Below, one piece after another: positions 19,577 to 30,479 of a DNA stretch of 64,000 nucleotides (its first letter is position 1; every line of letters begins with the position of its first letter). Source of the DNA: an uncultured delta proteobacterium (GTDB lineage Bacteria > Myxococcota > Myxococcia > SLRQ01); contig CAVSGM010000002.1 in NCBI GenBank assembly GCA_963727485.1, positions 1,024,001 to 1,088,000 of the forward strand, written 5' to 3'. Below the pieces are notes generated by a model. That model worked only from the letters and a program-made list of their open reading frames with translations, ran no database searches and had not been told where the DNA came from. The translations under genes and the position numbers were made by a program.

Positions 19577-21040
19577 CTACCAGTCCACCGGCACCCGGGC
19601 GATGACCACCAGGTGGTCCCCGGTCTGCACCTTGGTCTCGGGCGCCGGGTTGACCCACACCTGGCGCTCGCCGCTGCGCTCGGTCTCCAGGCTCACCAGG
19701 ATCGCGTGGTGGGCCTCGGCGAGCAGCCGGTGGAGCTCGGCGACCGTCGCCCCGTCGTGGGCCTTCGGCACCGCCACCTTGTGGAAGGCGTTGCCGTAGC
19801 GGGTGGAGAGGATCTCGTCGAGGGTGGAGACCAGGCCGCGGTTGCGGCCCACCGAGCCCAGGATGTAGCCGGAGTACTCGTCGGCGACCACGATCTCCTC
19901 GACCCCGGCGCGGCGCAGCAGGGTCTCGTGCTGCCGGTCCCGGAGCTCGGCGCAGGTGAAGATCCCCGGCGAGAGCCGCTCGATGGTCAGCGCCGCCAGC
20001 ACCGTGCGGGCGTCGCGGTCGGCGTCGGAGCGGGGCGTCGACTTGTCGGCCAGCAGGATCACCAGCGAGGCCCGCTGGGCCGCCGCCTGCTCCAGGATCT
20101 CCACCCGGGTGTAGTCGCCGGAGACGTGGTGGAGGAGCTCGGGGGGCATGTCGCCGGGGTCGGCGTCCTCGGGCATCTTCTCGCCCTCGGTCATGATCAC
20201 CACCGGCCGGGTTCCCGTTTCACGGTTGAACACCTCTCGGAGCACCTTGGGCGCCGAGTGGTTCCAGCCGCAGATGATCACGTGACCGTCGAGCTCGTCG
20301 GGATCCACGTCGCCCTCCTCGAGGCGGTGGGACAGGCGCGACACCATCGATGCCGACACCGTGCCCACGAACATGCCAAAGACCGTCATCCCCCCGAGGA
20401 TGAGCACCAGGGTCACCGCCCGGCCCACCTCGGTGGTGGGGTTGCCCACGGTGGGCTGCTCGGCGACCAGGGTGAGCACCGAGTACCAGACGCTCTTCTC
20501 CAGGGTGGCGAAGTCGGGGTTCACCGAGCGCTCGCCGAAGTGGATCACCACCGCCCCGGCGAGCACCAGCACCACCGTGGCGCTCACCAGCACCATCAGC
20601 TCCAGGCCCGCCCCCCGGAACACGCCGCCGAAGACCCGCAGCCGCCTGGCCACGATCAGCCCGGCCCGGAACAGGCGCAGGAGCCGCAGCACCCGGAGCA
20701 GGGGGAAGGGCAAGAGCGAGGGGAAGACCGCCAGCAGGTCCAGCCACCACTGGGCGAAGAACCGGCCCTTGCGGGGAGCGGCGATGAAGCGCAGCACCAG
20801 CTCCCCGACGAATATCCAGTTCACCACGTCGCCGGCGGAGTCGAGGATCCGGCGGAGGTGGTGGTCCCGGTCGAAGGCCGCGCCGGCGAGCAGCAGCGCC
20901 GCCTCCACCACGATGAGCAGCGCCAGGGTCAGCTCCACCGCCCGGTGGCGGAGGATCCGGTCGAGACCGCGCCGGAGGCGCGCCACCCGTCCCGGCGGGA
21001 GCCGGCCGGCGCCGAGGCCTACCGCCCGGGCCACCGGCAC
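19577..21040 (-). CDS. 6-TM ion channel with C-terminal RCK (TrkA-N/C) domains
   Basis: S4 LRVLRLLRLFR, pore helix SVWYSVLTL, RCK GHVIICGWN and GDYTR. Start approximate. Confidence 0.88.
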   Translation of the reverse strand: MPVARAVGLGAGRLPPGRVARLRRGLDRILRHRAVELTLALLIVVEAALLLAGAAFDRDHHLRRILDSAGDVVNWIFVGELVLRFIAAPRKGRFFAQWWLDLLAVFPSLLPFPLLRVLRLLRLFRAGLIVARRLRVFGGVFRGAGLELMVLVSATVVLVLAGAVVIHFGERSVNPDFATLEKSVWYSVLTLVAEQPTVGNPTTEVGRAVTLVLILGGMTVFGMFVGTVSASMVSRLSHRLEEGDVDPDELDGHVIICGWNHSAPKVLREVFNRETGTRPVVIMTEGEKMPEDADPGDMPPELLHHVSGDYTRVEILEQAAAQRASLVILLADKSTPRSDADRDARTVLAALTIERLSPGIFTCAELRDRQHETLLRRAGVEEIVVADEYSGYILGSVGRNRGLVSTLDEILSTRYGNAFHKVAVPKAHDGATVAELHRLLAEAHHAILVSLETERSGERQVWVNPAPETKVQTGDHLVVIARVPVDW

Positions 21041-21174
21041 CCTCCCGGGATCCGACCGACCTCCACCCGCGCCGCCGATGCCGTGCTCACCGCCGGCGAG
21101 TATCCGTCCCCGGGCGCCCGGCGGCAACCACCGCGCGGGGTGACGCCGCCCGGGTCCGGGGCTACCCTCGGCCC

Positions 21175-21729
21175 ATGGATCTCGACGGCCGGCGGGTGCT
21201 CCTCGCCGTCTCCGGCGGCATCGCCGCCTACAAGGTGGGCTACGTGGCCCGGGCCCTCCGGGAACGGGGGGCCGAGGTGCGCTGCACCCTCACCCGCGCC
21301 GCCACCCGCTTCGTCCCCGCGAGGAGCTTCGAGGCGCTCACCGGCGCCCCGGCGCTGGTCGACCTCTTCGCCGGAGGCGGGGACGTGGACCACGTCGCCC
21401 TCGCCCGCTTCCCCGAGGTGTGCCTGGTGGCCCCGGCGACCGCCCACCTCATCGCCCGGCTGGCCCTGGGCCTCGCCGACGACGGGCCCACCACGGTGCT
21501 GCTGGCGACCCAGGCCCCGCTCCTCGTCGCCCCGGCGATGAACGACGGGATGTGGCAGCACCCGGCGACGAAGGCGAACGTGGCGACCCTCGAGGCCCGG
21601 GGGGCCCGGATCCTGGGCCCGGCCACGGGGATGCTCGCCGAGGGCTACGCCGCGGTGGGGCGGATGGTCGAGCCCGAGGTCCTCATCGAGGCGGTGGCGG
21701 ACGCGCTGGCCTCGGCGTCCGCGGGCTGA
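21175..21729 (+). CDS. coaC: Stand-alone HFCD flavoprotein (PPC decarboxylase/CoaC-like)
   Basis: SGGIAAYK, DHVALA, APATA, APAMN; no CoaB domain. Confidence 0.75.
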   Translation: MDLDGRRVLLAVSGGIAAYKVGYVARALRERGAEVRCTLTRAATRFVPARSFEALTGAPALVDLFAGGGDVDHVALARFPEVCLVAPATAHLIARLALGLADDGPTTVLLATQAPLLVAPAMNDGMWQHPATKANVATLEARGARILGPATGMLAEGYAAVGRMVEPEVLIEAVADALASASAG

Positions 21730-21749
21730 CGCGCCCCTGACCGGCGGGC

Positions 21750-22511
21750 CTACTTCTCCTTGTGGAAGGCGGCCCGGAAGAACTCCCGGTTCATCCGGTG
21801 GATGAAGCGGATGGGGATCTCCTTGGGGCACACCGCCTCGCACTCGCCCTCGTTGGAGCAGCTCCCGAAGCCCAGGGCGTCGTGGGTGGCGACCATCTTC
21901 AGCACCCGGGACTCGCGCTCGGCCTCGCCCTGGGGCAAGAGGCCGAGGTGGTTCACCTTGGCCGAGGTGAAGAGCATCGCCGAGGCGTTCTTGCACTGGG
22001 CCACGCAGGCACCGCAGCCGATGCAGGCCGCCGCGTCGAAGGCCTCGTCGGCGAGGTGCTTGGCCACCGGCAGGGCGTTGGCGTCGGGGGCGCCGCCGGT
22101 GTTGAAGGAGATGTAGCCGCCCGACGCCATGATCTGGTCGAAGGCGCCGCGGTCGACCACCAGGTCCTTGACCACCGGGAAGGCCCGGGAGCGCCAGGGC
22201 TCGAGGACCAGGGTGTCCCCGTCCTTGAACCGGCGCATGTGCAGCTGGCAGACGGTGATCGCCGGGTCGGGGCCGTGGGCCACCCCGTCGATCATGAAGC
22301 CGCAGGAGCCGCAGATGCCCTCGCGACAGTCATTGTCGAAGGCGATGGGCTCGGTGCCCTTGGCCAGGAGCTGCTCGTTGAGGACGTCGAGCATCTCCAG
22401 GAAGCTCATGTCCTTGGTGACGTCCTCGACGTCGTAGGACTCGAACTTGCCTTGCCGGTTGGGTCCGGGTTGGCGCCAGACCACGAGCCGCAGTCGCATG
22501 GTATCGGCCAT
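21750..22511 (-). CDS. sdhB: Succinate dehydrogenase/fumarate reductase iron-sulfur subunit
   Basis: [29 protein letters not shown]. Confidence 0.95.
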   Translation of the reverse strand: MADTMRLRLVVWRQPGPNRQGKFESYDVEDVTKDMSFLEMLDVLNEQLLAKGTEPIAFDNDCREGICGSCGFMIDGVAHGPDPAITVCQLHMRRFKDGDTLVLEPWRSRAFPVVKDLVVDRGAFDQIMASGGYISFNTGGAPDANALPVAKHLADEAFDAAACIGCGACVAQCKNASAMLFTSAKVNHLGLLPQGEAERESRVLKMVATHDALGFGSCSNEGECEAVCPKEIPIRFIHRMNREFFRAAFHKEK

Positions 22512-22520
22512 GATGTCCCT

Positions 22521-24434
<1,914 letters not shown>

Positions 24435-24449
24435 GGTCGCCTCCGCGTG

Positions 24450-25142
24450 TCAGTGGATGATGCCGATGAGGACCGCCAGCGGGATGGTGATGAACCCCGC
24501 GGCCATGAGGAGCGAGAACACCCAGCCGGTGCGCTTGAGCCAGAGGCTGTAGCGCCGGTGGTGCACCCCCAGGGTCCGAAAGGCGCTCCCGAAGCCGTGC
24601 CACAGGTGGAAGCCGAGGAGCGCCAGCGCCACCACGTACCAGATGACGTAGCCCGGCTTGTGGAAGACCTCGACCACCAGGCGGTAGAGGTCGCGCTGGC
24701 CGCCCGCGGTCAGGTAGTGGGGCCCGTACTTGAAGGTGATGAGGTGCAGGGGCACGAAGATGAGCGTCACGATGCCGGTGACGATCATCAACGTCGAGGC
24801 CACCGACTTCTGGCTCTTGCCCCCGGCCCAGTGCTTGGTCTGGTAGCCCTGGGGCCGCGCGCCCCGGTTCCAGAACCAGTTGCCGATGGCGGTGACGAAG
24901 TGGAGCACGAAGAGCCCCACGATCCCCAGCTCTCCCACCCAGATGAAGGGGTTGGAGATGAGGGCGTGGGAGTAGCCGTTGAACTCCGCCGGCCCGATGA
25001 AGAGCAGGAGGTTCCCCAGCAGGTGCTCGATGAGGAAGAGGATGAGGCCGATGCCGGTGATGGCCATCAGCACCTTGCGGCCGATGGAGGTCCACCAGAA
25101 GAACCGGGACCCTGCCTCGGGCTTCGCTGTCGTCGTCGCCAC
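24450..25142 (-). CDS. sdhC: Succinate dehydrogenase cytochrome b subunit (single 5-TM anchor)
   Basis: SIGRKVLMAITG, HLLGNL, four His in TM segments, FHLWHG; GTG start after GGGAG. Confidence 0.92.
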   Translation of the reverse strand: MATTTAKPEAGSRFFWWTSIGRKVLMAITGIGLILFLIEHLLGNLLLFIGPAEFNGYSHALISNPFIWVGELGIVGLFVLHFVTAIGNWFWNRGARPQGYQTKHWAGGKSQKSVASTLMIVTGIVTLIFVPLHLITFKYGPHYLTAGGQRDLYRLVVEVFHKPGYVIWYVVALALLGFHLWHGFGSAFRTLGVHHRRYSLWLKRTGWVFSLLMAAGFITIPLAVLIGIIH

Positions 25143-25254
25143 GGTGTCACTCCCTGCTTGGAGGGACGGATCGCTGCCGAAACCTTGGGGGTGGGTGGTT
25201 AGCACTCCCCCGGGGGAAACGCCAGGATTCCCGACCGCGGCGGCGCCAGGCGCC

Positions 25255-25863
25255 TCAGCGCCAGGTGAAGCGCATCCGACCCTCGGTGTCGGTGACGTGG
25301 GTGAGCTCGCCCCGGACGTCCTTGCCGCCGGCGGCGGTGACGGCGGCGCGCAGGGCGGCGACGTTGGTGCCGAGGACCGGCGGGGTGTAGAGCTTCGGCG
25401 GGAAGTGGACGGCGAGGACCGCCTGGCCGTCGCCCTCCTCGGCGAGCTCGAGGTCGGTGCCCTGGTGGAACTGGTGCCACCGCTTCGCCGCCCCGTGGAC
25501 GAGCTGCCTGGGCGTGGCGACGTACATCAGGAAGCGGTAGAGCGGCTTGGCGTAGAGGGCCGCCGACAGGCCGTAGAGCCACTCGTGGAAGTCCGCCTCC
25601 CGGGGGAAGTGGGCGTCGCCGTAGGCGAGGGTGAGGGCGAGGAACTGGGCGGTGGAGACCCAGGACGAGCTCGGCGGCGGCGCCTCCCACAGGGCGTGGA
25701 GCGCCTCGGGGAGCTCGCCGGGCGACGCCTCGAAGGGCATCGACTCCTGCATGTGGCGGATGAGCGAGGCCTTGCTCAGGGCCGCCGGGTAGCTCTCGGT
25801 GCCCCGGGGCAGGCTCTCGAGGTAGGCGGTCATGCGCGGGAAGCGGTCGTCGGGGGAGCCCAT
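25255..25863 (-). CDS. DUF2378/TIGR02265-like myxobacterial protein
   Basis: C-terminal part of the long minus-strand ORF; PPSSSWV..., KRWHQFHQGT, ends RFTWR. Family assignment by resemblance only. Confidence 0.6.
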   Translation of the reverse strand: MGSPDDRFPRMTAYLESLPRGTESYPAALSKASLIRHMQESMPFEASPGELPEALHALWEAPPPSSSWVSTAQFLALTLAYGDAHFPREADFHEWLYGLSAALYAKPLYRFLMYVATPRQLVHGAAKRWHQFHQGTDLELAEEGDGQAVLAVHFPPKLYTPPVLGTNVAALRAAVTAAGGKDVRGELTHVTDTEGRMRFTWR

Positions 25864-26067
25864 TGGAGCGGAGGCTAGCAGCCCGGTTCGGGCGCCCACA
25901 ATCCTCCACCGGCCTGGGGACAACCCCGGTCCCGCGATCATGGGGGCCCGCCGGGTTGGGAAGAATCCTCCGGGTTGGCGGTTCGGGGCGAGGCTTGGTA
26001 AGCCCGGTGGGCTCGCGTGCCCACGCGGCCCCTTTTCGACTCGACCCGCCGCCCAAGGAGGCGCCCC

Positions 26068-28863
26068 ATGACCCCCCATTCCCCCGCCCGCCGACGCCTC
26101 GCGGCGCGCCACCTGCTCGCCGTCCCGGCGGCCCTCCTCCTGGCCGGGGGCTGCGCCTCCACCGGCGCCACCGGCCCCGCCGCCAAGAAGCCGGCGATGA
26201 AGCCCGCGGCCGCCAAGGCCCCCCAGACCGGCAAGGCCCCCCACGGGGTCGCCGCGGCGACCGCCAAGGCCTCCCCGGGCATCAAGGTGGTCCGCGCCAC
26301 CCTGGCCAACGGCCTCCAGGTGGTCGTGGTCCCCAACCACCTCGCCCCGGTGGCGACCATGGAGATCAACTACAAGGTCGGCTCCAACGAGGTCCCCAAG
26401 GGCTTCCCGGGCACCGCCCACGCCCTGGAGCACATGATGTTCCGCGGCAGCCCCGGCCTCGACGCCTCGCAGCTCGCGGACATCACCGCCTCCCTCGGCG
26501 GCGACATGAACGCCGACACCCAGCAGACGGTGACCCAGTACTTCATCACCGCGCCCGCCGAGGACCTCCCGGTGGTGCTCCACGTGGGCGCCACCCGGAT
26601 GGCCGGGATCACCGCCAGCCAGAAGCTCTGGGAGAAGGAGCGCGGGGCCATCGAGCAGGAGGTCGCCGCCGACCTCTCCAACCCCAGCTACGTCCTCTAC
26701 ACCAAGCTGATGAAGGGGCTGTTCCAGGGCACCCCCTACGCCCATGACGCCCTGGGCACCCGGCCGAGCTTCGACAAGACCACGGCCAAGATGCTCAAGG
26801 ACTTCCACGACACCTGGTACGCGCCCAACAACGCAATCATGATCATCGCCGGCGACGTGGATCCGAAGGCGGTGATGCCCGAGGTGAAGAAGCTCTTCGG
26901 CAAGATCCCCTCGCGCAAGCTCCCGCCCCGGCCGCCGGTGAACCTCACCCCGGTCAAGCCCACCTCCCTGAAGATGAGCACCGACCAGGCCTACGGCTTC
27001 GTGGCCCTGGCCTTCCGGGTCCCCGGCTACGCCAGCAAGGACTTCGCCGCCACCCAGGTGCTCGGCGACATCCTCGACAGCCACCGCGGGCCCCTCTACG
27101 CCCTGGTGCCCAAGGGCAAGGCCCTCTACGCCGGGTTCCAGGCCCAGCTCTTCCCCGAGACCGGGATGGGCTTCGCCTACGCGGTCTTCCCCAAGGGCGC
27201 CGACACCAAGGCCCTCACCCAGGACCTGCGCGCGGCCCTGGCCCAGGCGGTGAAGCAGGGCTTCCCCGAGGACATGGTCACCGCCGCCAAGCGCCAGGAG
27301 GCGACCCAGACCGAGCTCCAGAAGAACTCGGTCTCCGGGCTGGCCCAGGCCTGGTCCCAGTCGCTGGCGGTCGAGGGGCGGACCAGCCCCGAGGACGACG
27401 TCCAGGCGATGCAGTCGGTGACCGCGGCCCAGGTGAACGCGGTGGCGAAGAAGTACGTGGACCTCGACCACACGGTCCAGGCGGTCCTCACCCCCCAGCC
27501 CACCGGCAAGCCGGTGGTCTCCAAGGGCTTCGGCGGCACCGAGAACTTCGCCCCCTCGAAGACCAAGAAGGTCACCCTCCCCGACTGGGCGGCCAAGGCC
27601 CTGGCCAAGCTCGAGATCCCCAAGAGCGCGGTGAGCCCCACGGTCACGGTGCTCGGAAACGGCCTCAAGCTCATCGTCCAGCCGGAGACCGCGAGCAACA
27701 CCGTGAGCGTGTTCGGCCGCATCAAGAGCCAGCCCAAGCTCGAGACCCCCAAGGGGCAGGACGGCGTGGACCAGGTCCTGGAGCGCCTCTTCGACTTCGG
27801 CACCCAGAGCCTCAATCGGGTCGCCTACCAGAAGGCCCTCGATGACATCGGCGCCTCCGAGAGCGCGGGCACCGACTTCTCCATCCAGGCGCTGGCCGGT
27901 CACTTCGACCGGGCGGTGGAGCTCCTCGCCGACAACGAGCTGCACCCGGCGATGCCCCCCATGGCCTTCCGCATCGTCCAGGCCCAGACGGCCCACGCCG
28001 TCGGCGGCCGCAACCACAGCGCCGACTACCTCGCCAAGCGCGCCGCCCAGGTGAACCTGGTGCCCAAGGCCGACCCGATGCGCCGCCAGGCCACCCCCAA
28101 GACCATCGGGGCCCTGACCCTCGAGGACGTGAAGGCCTACTACCAGAAGGTCTACCGCCCCGACCTGACCACCCTGGTGGTCATCGGCAAGGTCGACCCG
28201 GCCACCGCCAAGCAGGTGGTGACGAAGTACTTCGGCGGGTGGAAGGCGGCCGGGAAGGCGCCGGTCACCGACCTCCCGAAGATCCCGGCCAACAAGGCGA
28301 CCCGGACCACCGTCCCCGACGCCCGCCGCAGCCAGGACAAGGTCACCCTCACCGAGACCCTGGGCCTGACCCGGGACAACCCCGACTACTACGCCCTGGA
28401 GCTCGGCAACCACGTCCTCGGCGGCGGGTTCTACGCCACGCGGCTCTACCACGACCTGCGCGAGGAGGGCGGCCTCGTCTACTACGTCTTCTCCCGGTTC
28501 AACGTGAAGAAGACCCGGGCCACCTACACCCTGGCCTACGGCTGCGATCCGCCGAACGTGGGGAAGGCCCGGGCCATCGCCGTCCGCGACCTCAACCAGA
28601 TGATCAAGACCCCGGTGGGCGAGAGCGAGCTGAAGCAGGCCAAGGGCATCCTCCTGCGCGACATCCCCCTGCGGGAGTCGAGCATGACCTCCATCGCCTA
28701 CGGGCTCATCCGCCGCTCCCTCGAGGGCCTGCCCCTCGACGAGCCCACGGTGGCGGCGAAGCACTACATGAGCCTGGACGCCAAGGCGGTGCAGCAGGCC
28801 TTCGCCAAGTGGCTCGACCCGGGCCGGCTGGTGCAGGTGGTCCAGGGGCCGGCGCCGAAGTAG
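26068..28863 (+). CDS. M16 family zinc protease (PqqL/pitrilysin-like) lipoprotein
   Basis: AGGC lipobox, TLANGL, inverted zinc motif HALEH, WYAPNNA, second half with RLYHDLREEGGLVY; RBS AAGGAGG. Confidence 0.93.
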   Translation: MTPHSPARRRLAARHLLAVPAALLLAGGCASTGATGPAAKKPAMKPAAAKAPQTGKAPHGVAAATAKASPGIKVVRATLANGLQVVVVPNHLAPVATMEINYKVGSNEVPKGFPGTAHALEHMMFRGSPGLDASQLADITASLGGDMNADTQQTVTQYFITAPAEDLPVVLHVGATRMAGITASQKLWEKERGAIEQEVAADLSNPSYVLYTKLMKGLFQGTPYAHDALGTRPSFDKTTAKMLKDFHDTWYAPNNAIMIIAGDVDPKAVMPEVKKLFGKIPSRKLPPRPPVNLTPVKPTSLKMSTDQAYGFVALAFRVPGYASKDFAATQVLGDILDSHRGPLYALVPKGKALYAGFQAQLFPETGMGFAYAVFPKGADTKALTQDLRAALAQAVKQGFPEDMVTAAKRQEATQTELQKNSVSGLAQAWSQSLAVEGRTSPEDDVQAMQSVTAAQVNAVAKKYVDLDHTVQAVLTPQPTGKPVVSKGFGGTENFAPSKTKKVTLPDWAAKALAKLEIPKSAVSPTVTVLGNGLKLIVQPETASNTVSVFGRIKSQPKLETPKGQDGVDQVLERLFDFGTQSLNRVAYQKALDDIGASESAGTDFSIQALAGHFDRAVELLADNELHPAMPPMAFRIVQAQTAHAVGGRNHSADYLAKRAAQVNLVPKADPMRRQATPKTIGALTLEDVKAYYQKVYRPDLTTLVVIGKVDPATAKQVVTKYFGGWKAAGKAPVTDLPKIPANKATRTTVPDARRSQDKVTLTETLGLTRDNPDYYALELGNHVLGGGFYATRLYHDLREEGGLVYYVFSRFNVKKTRATYTLAYGCDPPNVGKARAIAVRDLNQMIKTPVGESELKQAKGILLRDIPLRESSMTSIAYGLIRRSLEGLPLDEPTVAAKHYMSLDAKAVQQAFAKWLDPGRLVQVVQGPAPK

Positions 28864-28886
28864 GGCACCGGGCCACCTGCCTCATC

Positions 28887-28920
28887 GGCGGCGGCGATTG
28901 GGTGACCGGTCGCCGCCGTC
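28887..28920. terminator. GC-rich hairpin between convergent genes
   Basis: GGCGGCGGCGATTGG-GTGA-CCGGTCGCCGCCGTC stem-loop; no U-tract. Confidence 0.45.
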
Positions 28921-28964
28921 GTCGTTCCGTCGGCCGGCGGTGGTCCCCGGCGCCTGGCGTCGGG

Positions 28965-29594
28965 TCAGCCGTGGTACGGCGGCGGGGCCTTCACCATCAG
29001 GGTGATCACCGTCCGCCAGCCGTGGGGCAGGGCCAAGAGCCCCGCCTGGGTGGCCGGCGGCTCGGGGAGGCGGACCCGCGGGGTCACCGCCACGTGGACC
29101 CCGTCGCCACCGTCGTCCGCCTCGCCGTGGCCGCCCGCGGCGGCGTCCGCGGCGTCGTCGGCCTCGGCGGCAGAGCCCTGGATCCGGGCGCCCTTGGGCC
29201 GGCACACCCGATCCTGGCAGCGCCAGCCCCGGAGGCGGGCCTGGTACCAGCGGAGGACGATGGGCGCCGAGGCGGTGGTCACCAGGGCCACCTGCCGGAA
29301 GCGCATGTCCTCGTCGTAGCCCCACCGCATCAGCCGGGCGCCGGGGTAGACGGGCAGGCGCACCTGGGCCCGGGTCGGGACCGGGTTGTGGAACACCAGC
29401 CACTGGCGGGCGGTGAGGTGGAGGCGCTTCGCCTGGTGGGCCCGCTTCAGGGTCCGGTTGAGCCGGGCGGTCTTGGCGCGGGCCTTCGCCGCCGCGTGGG
29501 GCGCCAGCGGGAGCACCGGCGCCAGGGGGGTGCCGGCGAGGGCGGGCAGCGAGAGGGCGAGGGCGAGGGCCAGGGCGGTCGGGCGGACGGACAT
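28965..29594 (-). CDS. Secreted hypothetical protein
   Basis: Signal peptide (ALALALALSLPALA), LPVYPGARL motif; co-oriented downstream of the SDR. Confidence 0.65.
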   Translation of the reverse strand: MSVRPTALALALALSLPALAGTPLAPVLPLAPHAAAKARAKTARLNRTLKRAHQAKRLHLTARQWLVFHNPVPTRAQVRLPVYPGARLMRWGYDEDMRFRQVALVTTASAPIVLRWYQARLRGWRCQDRVCRPKGARIQGSAAEADDAADAAAGGHGEADDGGDGVHVAVTPRVRLPEPPATQAGLLALPHGWRTVITLMVKAPPPYHG

Positions 29595-29601
29595 GGGCGC
29601 C

Positions 29602-30411
29602 TCAGGGGATCTGCATCCCCCCAGAGACGTTGAGCTCCTGGCCGGTGATGAAGTCCGAGAGCGGCGAGGAGAAGAAGAGCACCGCCCCGGCGATGTCCTC
29701 CGGCGTCCCGAAGCGCCCGAAGGGGATGCGCCCCAGCGTCGCCTCGCGCTGGGCCTCGGGGACCCCGAGGGTGTCGCCCTCGCCCTTGGGGGCGGTGAGC
29801 CTGGTCTCGGTGAAGCCCGGGGCCACGGCGTTCACGCAGATGCGGTAGCGGCCCCACTCCTGGGCGAAGGTGCGGGTGAGGCCCACGTTGCCCATCTTCG
29901 CCGCGGTGTAGTTGGCCTGGCCGGGGTTCCCGCGGATGGCGGCGGTGGAGAAGAAGTTCACGATCTTGCGGACCCGGGTCACCTCGCCGTGCTCGGCGAG
30001 CTCCTGCTTGGCGGGATCGCGCAGGTAGGGCGCCGCCGAGCGGATGCAGTTGAAGGTGCCCTTGAGGTTCACGGCGATGACGAGATCCCACTGCTCGTCG
30101 GTCATCAGGTGACCCATGCGGTCGCGGGTGACCCCGGCGTTGTTCACCAGGATGTCGAGCTGGCCGAAGTGGTCGGCGGCGGTCTTCATCAGGGCGTCGG
30201 TGTAGGCGGGGTCGGCGACGCTCCCCACGCTGGCCACGGCGCTGCCGGCGCGGAGGGCCTCGCAGGCGGCGACGGTCTCGCCCGCGGGGCCGGCGTCGAG
30301 GTCGTTGACCACCACCTTGGCGCCCTCGCGGACGAAGGAGAGGGCGATGGCCTGGCCGATGCCGCGCCCGGCGCCGGTGACGACCGCCACCCGATCTTCG
30401 ATGAGTCCCAT
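29602..30411 (-). CDS. Short-chain dehydrogenase/reductase (FabG-like)
   Basis: TGAGRGIG, NNAG, YTAAK, GRFGTPEDIA. Confidence 0.92.
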   Translation of the reverse strand: MGLIEDRVAVVTGAGRGIGQAIALSFVREGAKVVVNDLDAGPAGETVAACEALRAGSAVASVGSVADPAYTDALMKTAADHFGQLDILVNNAGVTRDRMGHLMTDEQWDLVIAVNLKGTFNCIRSAAPYLRDPAKQELAEHGEVTRVRKIVNFFSTAAIRGNPGQANYTAAKMGNVGLTRTFAQEWGRYRICVNAVAPGFTETRLTAPKGEGDTLGVPEAQREATLGRIPFGRFGTPEDIAGAVLFFSSPLSDFITGQELNVSGGMQIP

Positions 30412-30479
30412 GGCTTTCTCCTCTCTGATGGCGCGGGGATCCCGAGCCCGGGTCGCTGCTATAGTCGATGCGGGCCACC

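Noticed and set aside
25199..25225. CIRCE-like TTAGCACTC upstream of sdhC
   Set aside because: Only one half-site; no GAGTGCTAA after 9 nt. More likely part of the sdh promoter on the minus strand.
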